64,000 nucleotides of DNA from Phallusia mammillata. Taxonomy: Eukaryota. The position numbers were made by a program, and so were the translations under genes. The stretch lies in contig OZ281494.1 in the NCBI GenBank assembly GCA_965637545.1, positions 17,918,001 to 17,982,000 on the forward strand, in the 5' to 3' direction. Shown here in pieces: positions 1 through 10,543 of the stretch (positions within the stretch are counted from its first letter, which is position 1; the number at the start of each line of letters is the position of its first letter). The notes below the pieces were generated by a model. The model saw nothing but the letters and a program-made list of their open reading frames with translations, was not told the DNA's origin and made no database searches.

Positions 1-174
1 CCCTGTGGGGAAACACTCCTGTGAGTGGTGGTGAAGGGCATTGAATAGAATACGTAATAAAGCCTTACCCCTTCTTCGGTGGTGGATAACCGTTTACGCA
101 AAGCTCTATTTTTATCCTATCGTTTTAATTATTCAAGGTCTTAATGCTCAAATTTGAATTTGAGTGGTATATAC

Positions 175-677
175 TAGTGATGTACCGAATCGGCTAAGTT
201 TCGATTCGGCCGAAACCGAATATTCGGCGGTTTTGCCGAATAAATTTGGCCGAATCAACCGAATCATTTATGATGTCACGCGAAGTCGTACGCTACGCGT
301 TTGACACGAAAAAATGTTTATCTACCAAGCAACTAGTGCAGGAAAGTTCTGTTTCGTTCTCATTTCAGTTCTATGGGGTTTAAAAAAGCATGATTGGTAA
401 CCGACCAATGAATTAATATTTTTTTATTACAGTGGGAAAAACGATAATGTGTTGAAAAAGATAAACCTTGACGCGATTTTCGTTATGTTTGTGCTTTTGA
501 AAAATTGCGTGGTACCTTAATAATCAGAAAAGACACGTTTAACGCTTTAAATTTGTGTTCGTAAAAGATTCGGTTTCGGTCGAATCGCAACAAATTATTC
601 GACCGAAACCGAATCTTTGCAAAAATGACCGATTCGGCCGAATAAATTCGGTAAACCGAATATTCGGTACATCTCTA
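175..677. mobile_element. hAT-like non-autonomous element (MITE) with TAGTGATG termini and subterminal CCGAAT/ATTCGG repeats
   Basis: Left end TAGTGATGTACCGAAT and right end ATTCGGTACATCTCTA form a 16-bp inverted repeat with 1 mismatch. Many CCGAA(T) motifs lie near both ends. Flanks gtatatac/gtatacct are an imperfect 8-bp TSD. Confidence 0.8.
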
Positions 678-829
678 GTATACCTACGCGTCATGAGCTT
701 ATTGTGCATAGTTAAAAAAATCATCGCAACACAATTTCCCTAGAACGGTATAGTAAGAAACAATGGAGCAACAGAAAAGCATGCAAACTTTTTGTTTCAA
801 GTGCATTTTACATCAGTTTGGTTAAGCGT

Positions 830-1271
830 TAGGGTTTCTCTGTTTCCCCGGATTCGGGAAATAAAAAAATATTTTGCGGGAATTCCGGGATCCCGACGAA
901 ATAATTTGATGATTTTTTTTATGATTATTAAGTCATTGCGATGACTACAACTGGTTTGTATCCGCTACAAACATTTAATTGACACGATTTTGTCCATTAA
1001 GACCCCATTTTAAGTTACGTGAATTTCAAAGTGTAAAATCGTTCTTTCATACCACTAAGTAACATTTTCGCAAAAACAATTTACGATCTGGTTTGAAAAC
1101 GTTTACTTACTTTATTATTGAACTTACAAAGGTATTTGAACATATAAAAGTTGCTTTTGCACAAAATTGTACTGAGAAACATGTTATTGCTTGGACTTTC
1201 TGCAAAGAGAAAAGAAATTTTCCGGGATTCGGAGTAGATAGTTTCGTCGGGAAATTCCTGCAATTTCCTTT
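830..1271. mobile_element. degenerate hAT-like MITE (TAGGG end, CCGGGA/TTCCCG subterminal repeats)
   Basis: Starts TAGGGTTTC. CGGGAA/CCGGGAT motifs cluster at 845-900 and 1220-1260. Flanks ttaagcgt/tgaagcgt match 7/8. The right TIR is decayed. Confidence 0.45.
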
Positions 1272-2611
1272 TGAAGCGTTTTCCTTGTTTAGATCTAGCA
1301 AACTTTCACGACCATTTGTTTCTGTAGCAAGTCAATCAATGACCATTAACCGTTAATGGCCTCAGATGGTCATCGCGTGACAAGTGTATACCCTCGTATA
1401 TGCAACACCAAAAGCGAAGTTTTGTGTTAGTAAATGGCGCCCACTGTTGGCTGAAATTAAAGTATCCAGTCCGTAAAGTGAGTTTAACATTATCGCGCCA
1501 CAGACCACAAGACCACTTCTCAGCGTTGGTTTTGGGCTCAATTTACACTGCACAAATGCAAATACTTCTCTTGGCTGATTTATTTACAATTTTACGTTTT
1601 TCAAAATTCGTTTGAGTTTTGTTGTTGGGCAAAACTTCTGTTGCATATTGTTTATTTTACTCTTACTGTTTTCACAAACAAAAATTTTAGCGGGGTTTGA
1701 ACCAGGACGCTTCCTAGTATGAATCCGAACCAGGTTTTTATGTCTGTAAGTAATTTAAGCGCCGCAGAGCAGTGTTTTCCAAAGTAACGGTCGCATAAAA
1801 GTTTTGGGTCGCCTGTTTTTGCAACGAAGTTATTTACTATTTGACTTGCTCGTAGCCTTTATTCTTCCCAACTGTTGTTACTCGCTCGAAAAGTTGGGCC
1901 GAAATGGTGATTTTTATCGATCATATCCAAGCAATACAATCTCAATAGATTTTTTCAAAAGGGAATTGATAATTAGTTTGCGTGGATTTTAGAAATTCAT
2001 TTGCTACATATACTGTACAAGCTTTTGAAACAATGGTGCAAAGCACTCGACAACATCAATATTTTATTAGACTGCAGCGCGTGTACGGTCTTTGAAAATA
2101 TGGTAATTCATATGTTGGAAAGAGTAAAAGCTAATAAGCCGTCTTGTTATTTGGTCATATACTGCAAGATCAAAAAGCGGCATTGTGATCACAAACGACG
2201 ATTTTACATACAAAACTTTATACACACGATTACTAATACAATAGGCGAAACATAACTGCAATGGGGAGTTTAAACAATGTGTTAATGTAATTCCATAATA
2301 CTTTACGTTTAAGGTTTGATAAAAAGTCAGTTTAATATTTGGCGAAAAACACCAATACGCAGCAAAAATATAGCAGTGGGTTGTGTACGTTTAAAATATT
2401 TGTTCGTTTTGGTTTGATAGTGCTAGATGTATTTCATTTACTGCTGCAGCATACTACAAGAAAAAGTCATGGACGGAAAAATTATCGGTGTAATACAAGT
2501 TGGCATGCAAACGTTAAAACACTACTTATAGCTACATGATTACATCATTTTTTGGTCGATTGAATATACAGTTTGCACAGAAACGGTCGACAAGGTGCGA
2601 TGTTTCTATTT

Positions 2612-5600
2612 TTAGTATGCGTGACTCTCCGCACCTCCACGTCCAAAACCTAAAATGCAAACAAGTAACTACAGTTAAAAATGAAAATATAAATGTTTGG
2701 CACCAAAATTTATCACGTGTGGTTTCAGTTCTGTGTCAAGCGCCAATGATTGAATATGATAACTGCGCGCATTCTTGTGTGCACCACTTCTTTGGGCTAA
2801 CCAAAAAATAAATAAAGAAACAAGAACAAAAGGTAAACTGGTTTCGTTAAACATCAAAAAATGTGTGGTAAAGATGTCGATCGAAATATTACTTTCTAAT
2901 ATTTTTTCAAAAAAGTCTTTAAAACAAAAACAAATCAAGTGATTTAAGAGTCCATGCAGAATATAACACAGGAATGTACATGCTCTACCAGTGACTGATT
3001 GATAAACATAAAATCTAACAGAAGTAAAGCACGTTTCTATTGCTTTTTCCAAACATAAACCTTCCGTATACATCCATCGTTGCGTGACGGTACATACCGA
3101 TCGTGCCGTAATAATATGTGCCCACTGACGTAAAGGTTTTGAACAGTAATCTCAAATTCATGGCCCGCTGGAGCGACCGCTAAGCATTTCATAATTTTAA
3201 CGGCCCGACTAGCAAGTTTCAAAACCCCTTGTTTGAAAAAATGCTTCTTTTATATTTTGTTATGTATGTCGTGGTCAAAAGCATGGTTGCCTCCATTTTT
3301 ATTATTGAGAGGTCAAGCCGTGTTGTCACAACATTGACTTAATTATATTCATTTATTTGTTTATTGTTTGAATATTATAAATTACGCATTATTTCGTGTA
3401 GACGTGATCACTATGATGTATATATAGAGATGCAATTCAAAAGGAGAAAATCGTGCGTGTACATTTGGGTTTTAATCCTATCACATTATTCCAAACTAAC
3501 AAAAACAATACGTACTCGACATAAACTCGCATACAGTCGTGTCATGAAAAACTGCCTAACGTACCAACGTTGGCACGCCTGCCAGGAGTTATACCAACTG
3601 CTTGTCTATGTAATCGGTAAATAAAACAACTTCGATACAAGAGACGTTATCACAGGCCATCAATGGAGCAAAAATTCCAAAAGCCTCTATATTTGGTACT
3701 GCGTTCCGAAAATACGTGTTGGGCCTCGCATGTCTTTAACTGTAGTTTGTTTTTACATGGTATGCCTATTGGATTTAGACTAGAGTTCATTGTTTTCTCC
3801 GTAAGGTTTCGATGGTTTTGGTGTAACCTATATGTCTCTGTCTCTTGTTTGAGGAATGTCTTACGCAACACGTAAACACGACAAGTTGTGTCTAATAACG
3901 TCACAAGTAGAGACTTTGACATTTTTAAGGCGTCTGCGGCGTTCGATGAAAGAGAAAAGAGAACGACGCGGTTTAGGGCCTGGCGTTTGCCAATCCTTTT
4001 GACGTCACCACGTAGTAACCGTTCAAGTTCAAACCTTAAAAAGGAATTTATCTTCAACGAAAAACTTAAAAAGCAAAAGGAATGTGAAATAGACTGGGTA
4101 CGTGGCATTACTGCATTTTATTTTTGTGTGTGTAACAGTTCAATTAACCCGTTTCATAGTTTAGAAATACGCCGAAGCAATTTTGGGCGACTTCCTGTCG
4201 TCTATTCACAAAGGTCTTCTTTGTTGGCCAACCCTTTCTATTTTCGTCATCGCTTATCGTCAATCCCTGCGGTTTTGGTTGGTAAAAGCTTTCAGGGTTG
4301 GGCGGACATGAATGAAACGAAATGAAAAAACGCCATTCGCCCATTTTGATGTATGACTTAACTTCAAAAAGTAAAAATTAAGATCAACTGGAATAAAAAT
4401 ATTTCACCAACAGTTTTCATTTTCACTAACAGAACTCCCGATTATGATGTGGGAAGAAATAAGTATGTCAGGCGTATAGATGGCATATATCTTACATTAG
4501 CAGCCCCACAACCCCAGGCATTCAGAAAATATCTTACTTCGCCGGCGCCTTGAAAACGCGGAGTGGAACGTGTTGACTGTCAACCAAAATCTGTACCAGG
4601 GTATTGTGTTTCGCTTAATTATATGGGCGTTTTGTAGGAAACACGATAGGCGGGACCTAAAGGCAGTCGAACAAGAATATGCAGAACCAAGCAAACACAA
4701 CATTCATGCAATGTAACATTTGTGACCCACATGCTGATATAATGCGAATAATTGGTATACAAACAATGGACAGTGCATATGTAAAACTAATACATGCATA
4801 TAAACAGTACGCGCTTAACGAAACCTACGCAGCAAAAAAGTGGTGCAATCGACTAAATTTGAAAAATGTGACAAATTTTATTTCAATGCTAAGGATATAA
4901 TACTATGACAAACTACAAAACCTATTAATTTCGTTGTAATTGCAGTTATATGGACAAAACACAGCACCCCGACAAACTTTTCTACCGATGCACTCAGGAC
5001 TACTAATAGATAATGCACCAATAACTACCTTCATAACCTTGAAATTTTTACAACGGTCTCCGATAACCTTCAATGCAAACGACACAAGCAAAAATGGTTA
5101 GTGGTTAGATTGAATTTCACCCAAGCAAGAATTGCAGTTATCACACAACACCCAAATTGCACCGAAAACTTACATCATAGGACTTTGAAAATAAAAGGCA
5201 TTTTACAAACTAACCAAAATTTAATGGTTACAATGCATTTACTTTAACTGGAAAAAGTTATTCGTCAAAATTGTTGTACATAGTCGAACAAACAAAACCA
5301 AAAAAACGCAGTGCGCTTTTGCTGAATCAAAATCTACTTGCACTGGCTTAATTATTACGAAAACATTTTTAGAAAGTTTTTGTAGGTTGCCTCAAGCACT
5401 TAGTATTCACACTTTTTTCAAAGCGATTTCTGTCTCAACTCTGAACCCACCTTTCGGTCCAAACGTAGCAGCATAGCACGGATTGTGGCAGTAGGGCTTT
5501 CCTTGGTGCTAAAAACAACAAAAGAACAATCACAAGTTTATCCATTTATAAAAAGAGGTTTAATGACAAAGTATCATGCTCAACAGCAACTACTGGTGCT

Positions 5601-8600
5601 TTATATCAAATCATCTATTAGACACGACTCTTATTTGTCCTGATGAAGAACACTAAAAATGGATGTCAAAATGAAAACACATGGATCAGAAAAGCTATTT
5701 TAAGAATTAAGCTTAAGATAAACTGGGAAAAAAACTGGTGAAACGAAGCATCAATATCCTTACTTAACATGAAGTGTTGCTGCAAAATACCCTAAAGAAT
5801 ACTGGATGAAGGTACAATCTTCAAACACAATGTATTTTACACAAATATCCATTACGACTATCAGTATATGACTGGCATTAATAGCGTTTTTAGAAAACAA
5901 AGTGTATTAAGTTCCACACACTGACATAGATACCTCGGCATGGCTTCCACTGGACAGTGTCTTTTTACATTTTTCGCATTTCAGGCATGGGCGGTGCCAA
6001 TCTTTTCCAAGAGATGTCACTTTCTCAGCTAAGAACATAAATGAATTGCAGAATGGATTAATTTGGTTTGATTTGTACAAATTCTATTTAGTATTCAAAG
6101 CAGGGGTGTGCGTCAAGTTTTCAAAAACTTAAAAAGCAAGCAAAAGTCTAAAAATTGTAGTCGTCCAAAACTCCAAACCAATTTTTTCAAACTAAATCGT
6201 CGGTACATGCCCATAAAGGCGTCAAGGCATATTTATTCAGTCACTCTGCCCCCATCCATACACAAGCATAACTCAGGTGTACAGCTTTTAGCAATGAAAC
6301 ATTTATAGCTGTTCATTATCTCTGAATAATGACATGGTGGAGAGTTGTTATAGATTAAGGTAAGCTGGTTTTGCGCTAACGGATTTGCGTGTGACGACGC
6401 TCTGGTGAACACAGGAAGAACATGTATTATTCACTTTACATCGACGGGTGGCGACTGCTTTCCAAGTTTCAATATCACTTTAAAACAGGGGTCTTCAACC
6501 TTTTTAGCGAAATCGCCCCCTTTTAAGGGCACTGGCTAAAAATCGCCCCATTTGATATTGATGTGAGCGGTTAGATTCACCCAGCAACACAAAAGCTTCA
6601 CTTAACAGTTAAAACCTAATTTAATTGCTACTACAACACGCAGGATCTATTTCTGGTAATTCTAAAGCAGCTGAGGAAAATTTGTTACATCATGGACAAG
6701 ATAATATTACGATTATGCGCGAACAATCGCCTTCTGTTGTTGAAAATAATAGGGCATTACTCGGTAGAGGAGAAACATGTACATTCCACATCAACTTGCA
6801 ATGGATTTGCCAAATTAAATGTCACAAATACTTGCAGTTTGGGAAGCGCCAGTAGGTCTATAGAAACTGTAAAAGCAAAACCAACTTGAGGGAATGCTCG
6901 TTACCGTCGTATTTAAAAAGTATGGCCCGTCACCACTCACCACTCACATAGCTTAAATAAAGTGTGCCTTGTGGCAAATTAAATGCCCAACCTTGCTCAC
7001 AAAAAAATAAAACAATCGCCAGCAAACACGAAGTATTCAAATGGCAACATGTTCAAGCTAAAGCGCCCTGTGTCCCTGCTGGTGTTTGCAAGACGAATAA
7101 AATCTCCTTGTAAGGTAAAGTTAGCTGAGTCTCACAGTTCTTGTGCATATTTATACAATCAGTAATGTTGAAATCGCCCCCCATTAAAGTCAACCCCCCC
7201 CCCCCAACTCCAAAAATTGTCACCATCCCATCGCCCCCTCGGTGAACGAAATCATAAAAAGATATCGCCTCCGTTGAACCTGCTTTTAAAGGACTAATAC
7301 ACATTACTCTATGCAGCATCCACATGGTTCTGAATCGGTATCGTTTCTTTATGTGAAAGTTAAAATATACCAACAGCATATTAAGCAATCATTGGCGTGT
7401 TTAGAGTTACCAAACGACCGGAATTGGGGCGTAACAGCCGGGTTGCCGGAAATAAATTTTGAAAACACTCTTAATGTCCGGAATTTAGCGTCTAATCTAT
7501 ACAGTAGCTCTCAAACATTTTTCTGTAGGACTTAAATGTTTATGTTTGAACTCGATTTTTCATGCACGATACAGCCTATATACACGCAAAACAACCAATC
7601 AGCATGGATTGAAAGGTAATAAGTTTTTGGTAAACTTGTAAAACTGTTTTGTAACTTAGGCGGACTGCACAAAATCGTTCCATGTAACTAAGAAGACATG
7701 TCAACGATTCCTAATCAGAGAGTATTTATGAAAACTCTGTCACCTAACTTACAGTTGAAAATTTATTTGACACACCCACCACACGTGTATCTTACATGTA
7801 CCGTCTTGGTGCCATGGTCCCCCCCTCAAGAAATTTGACCGGCTGTTTTAGTATTAAATCTTGCAATTTCAGACAAAACTGTGAATAGCAATGTGCGCTA
7901 TTTTGTGCATGACACATTGATGCTCGTCACACATCTCAATAAACAATGCATGCCAATCCAGGCCACTTGGCGTCCAACTGCGCGTATGACGTTACAATGG
8001 ATTTTATAATAGCTTTGTTAGGTCACACTCATACAAGTGAAGATAATTCACAATATGATTAAGAGGCAACCACTGTTAGAAACAACTGTGTCGAGTGTTG
8101 AAAAGTGTTACATGTATACGATCGAATCGTGACTATAACGTTCGTTACTTGCAGCAAGAGTAAGGGCTTCACAGGGCCTTAGGCTAACCAGCATTTAGTT
8201 GATATTGCGAGTTTAGTAGGCACAACAGGTGCTAACAGAGAGGTCTACACAGTCTACCGCCAGATAGCGCACCCCAAAGAATCGAAAAGTCAACAGCAAA
8301 GGGTCACCAAACTTGGAGCCACACCCATATGCACACAAAGCAAAGGGCGCAAACTATCCTTGTTGATTAGGAAATATCAAGAACATTGTCAAATAATTGC
8401 AAGGTGTTTTTCGTTTGAGTGACAAAGGTACGCACTGTGTCGTAAACCGGAAAAGCTTACTCAGCTTTTTGAAATGAGTCAAAATAATGATTAAGTGGGC
8501 AGATACCAGTCTGAAACGTTTATTGTTCAAAACTTTGTGGTATACATGTGAAGTTTAGAAGAGTCGTACCAAGATGTAAAGGCCAAAATCAAATCCCACG

Positions 8601-9371
8601 TAATCACAACTTTAGGTTTCACAGTTCACTCCCTAGTACTGGAATACATCGTCATACAAAGCGAAAACGTGATTTATATCACAGTTACCTTAACGTGAAA
8701 GAACGGTGTGCAAACAAGGTTTTGTCGTTACGCCAAATACTAGAACAGCACACAAGGCGTGTGATCGCGTCATTTATTGTTCGTGAAAGCACTTACATAG
8801 TGGTGGTGGTGGTTAACCCTTATTTGGACACGAGAGCAGAGGTCTATTCATGATTTTTTTCTGGTATGTAACTAGGTACCACCTAAGTCAGTGTTTCTCA
8901 ACCTTTTTGACTCTGCCACCCCTTTTTGGTGGTTTTTAACAGAACGCAACCCCCCATCAGAATGTGTTACATTTACTAACAAACATGGCACAGAAAACCT
9001 CTTGAACTATTTTATGATTTTTATGTCCAAAAAAGTATATGATCACAAATGCTGTTGACAATCCTAAATCAAACTGCACTATGCTAAACAGAAGTCAGGT
9101 GGAAAGTTTTGATGATAAAATCAGTTGGGTTGCATCTTCGCGACCCCTTCAAAAGTGCTTCGCAACCACCAGGTTGAGAAACACTGGCCTAAGTAACATC
9201 AACGGAATGCTCTTGGTTAAAACAGATAATTACAAGCGGTTGATATTATGGTAATTTATCACTTGATGCAAGCAACAAGGTTTTACAGTCATAGTTAGAT
9301 ATTAAAGCCAATGTTGACTAAACTCACTTACCAAAGTAAACTTCTTTGTTGCAGGATGGACACTTTGGCAT
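2612..9371 (-). CDS. CRIP1: cysteine-rich intestinal protein (single LIM domain), paralogue A, 76 aa
   Basis: Four GT-AG exons: 9371-9332 (40 nt), 6028-5934 (95), 5508-5451 (58), 2649-2612 (38). They translate to [76 protein letters not shown], close to vertebrate CRIP1, with all eight zinc ligands and the Gly-rich tail. AATAAA on the minus strand near 2062-2067. Confidence 0.95.
3973..4034 (-). CDS. candidate alternative terminal exon of CRIP paralogue A ([20 protein letters not shown])
   Basis: Phase-1 acceptor ttccttttTAAG is in frame with exon 3. The paralogous copy at 19335-19396 differs at 5 sites, 4 of them silent (including TAA/TGA). Confidence 0.6.
6486..7282. mobile_element. hAT (Charlie-like) non-autonomous element in CRIP-A intron 1
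   Basis: Ends CAGGGGTCTTCAAC...GTTGAACCTG, with AAATCGCCCC subterminal repeats. 8-bp TSD ctttaaaa/cttttaaa. The paralogous site in CRIP-B (~21871-21885, ctttaaaaggacta) is empty. Confidence 0.85.
8288..8492. promoter_or_regulatory. conserved intronic element (putative enhancer) in CRIP intron 1
   Basis: About 90% identical by eye to 22418-22622. Both copies retain GTCAACA (Fox-like), CCACRCCC (KLF/SP), CMGGAA (ETS) and TGAGTCA (AP-1). Confidence 0.5.
8889..9186. mobile_element. hAT MITE
   Basis: Perfect 16-bp TIR CAGTGTTTCTCAACCT. 8-bp TSD acctaagt/gcctaagt. Absent from the paralogous intron (~22945). Confidence 0.9.
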
Positions 9372-10543
9372 GATTGCTGTTAAATGGTGTTTAAAACAGA
9401 AAAGATATCTAGAGGTATAAATCAGCGAACCCGTGGTTAAAAAAGACAGATGAAAAGAACATTGTAAATCTCAATTAAAAAACTAGTATTACATAAAATA
9501 AATCTCCCTCTTGGTAAACAATTCTTAGAAGCTGCTGGAAGTTCTTAGACATTAGTCCGACTAAAACCTTATACAGCAACTTGCTTAATCAGGGTGTTTG
9601 TGTTTGTCCAAAAAAAAATTGTGTAAGTATAGAACTTAACATTTTACTTGTATTTTATATTTTACTTATACCAACATTATTAGAAACAAAAAATGTGATC
9701 AATTTAGGACAAAACAAAAAATTTAGTGAATAAAATTCAGCACAGGTATTTCAAAAAGTTTGTTTTACACAAATTTGCAATATAAAATATGATTCACAGT
9801 AATTATACTTGCAAAACCCAAAGTTAACAATTGTAATTGAAGTATTATCCTTACTCCAGTTTACACTGTACCCTACTGTAAACTAAACTTTAATGAATCA
9901 AAATTTCTCTGTGAATAGAATTAGTTGGTTGTTCAGGATTCAAATTGTAAAATACTAATTCACATGAATATAGAAACAGACAAATATTATGTCAAATTTC
10001 CGGCTTGGTGAATATTTTAGCGCAATTGTGCTGCTACGATTTGTACCACCGGCAAAATAAACTGAACTCAAATCATTCTGGGCCACACCTGACTGCTGAC
10101 TGTAGGAGTAGTTTTCAACCTGTTTCCAGCTGTACAGTTTTAAAAAAAGTCATGTTATGAACAGTCTAGTCTGCTAAGTTTAAATCCCAGGTGAACAGTC
10201 CAGTCTGCTTAGCTTAAAAACATTTTTTTTGTTTATATCACTATATTCTTGGTTGTATGTGTTATATGCCAGGCAACTGACATTACGACAGTTTTTTTAA
10301 AAATGTAGCTGTAGCTTGTAGGTAACAAAACTTGAACTAAAATGTTAACAATATTAGCGAACTTTTCTACACCGCACATATCTGTCTTAAAATGACTTGT
10401 GATTGTGGCTACGCAACCACTGCCCACACACATTAACTATGTAGTAAGTAGTTACTTACGACCTAGTCACAACTGGAGGAGCCCAAGACGAAAAAGGCGA
10501 TTTGTTTTGAACGTAGACTGAAAAAAAGAATAATAAATGAGAC

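Noticed and set aside
175-677. Repeated CCGAAT/ATTCGG motifs resembling a CRISPR or structured array
   Set aside because: Irregular spacing inside TIRs marks them as transposon subterminal repeats, and the context is eukaryotic with no cas genes.
1686-1735. tRNA-like B-box (GGTTCAAACC, minus strand), with a similar stretch at ~39211-39255
   Set aside because: No cloverleaf or A-box. At most decayed tRNA-derived SINE fragments, too degenerate to call.
4136-4260. C/D snoRNA or SECIS reading of the highly conserved intronic block
   Set aside because: The box C-like GCGATGA lacks a CTGA box D in copy A. No convincing SECIS stem or upstream Sec codon context.
3888-4325. 145-aa plus-strand ORF spanning two conserved CRIP intron blocks (possible nested gene)
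   Set aside because: The paralogous region has indels and an in-frame TAA. Substitutions fit the minus-strand exon frame, not this one.
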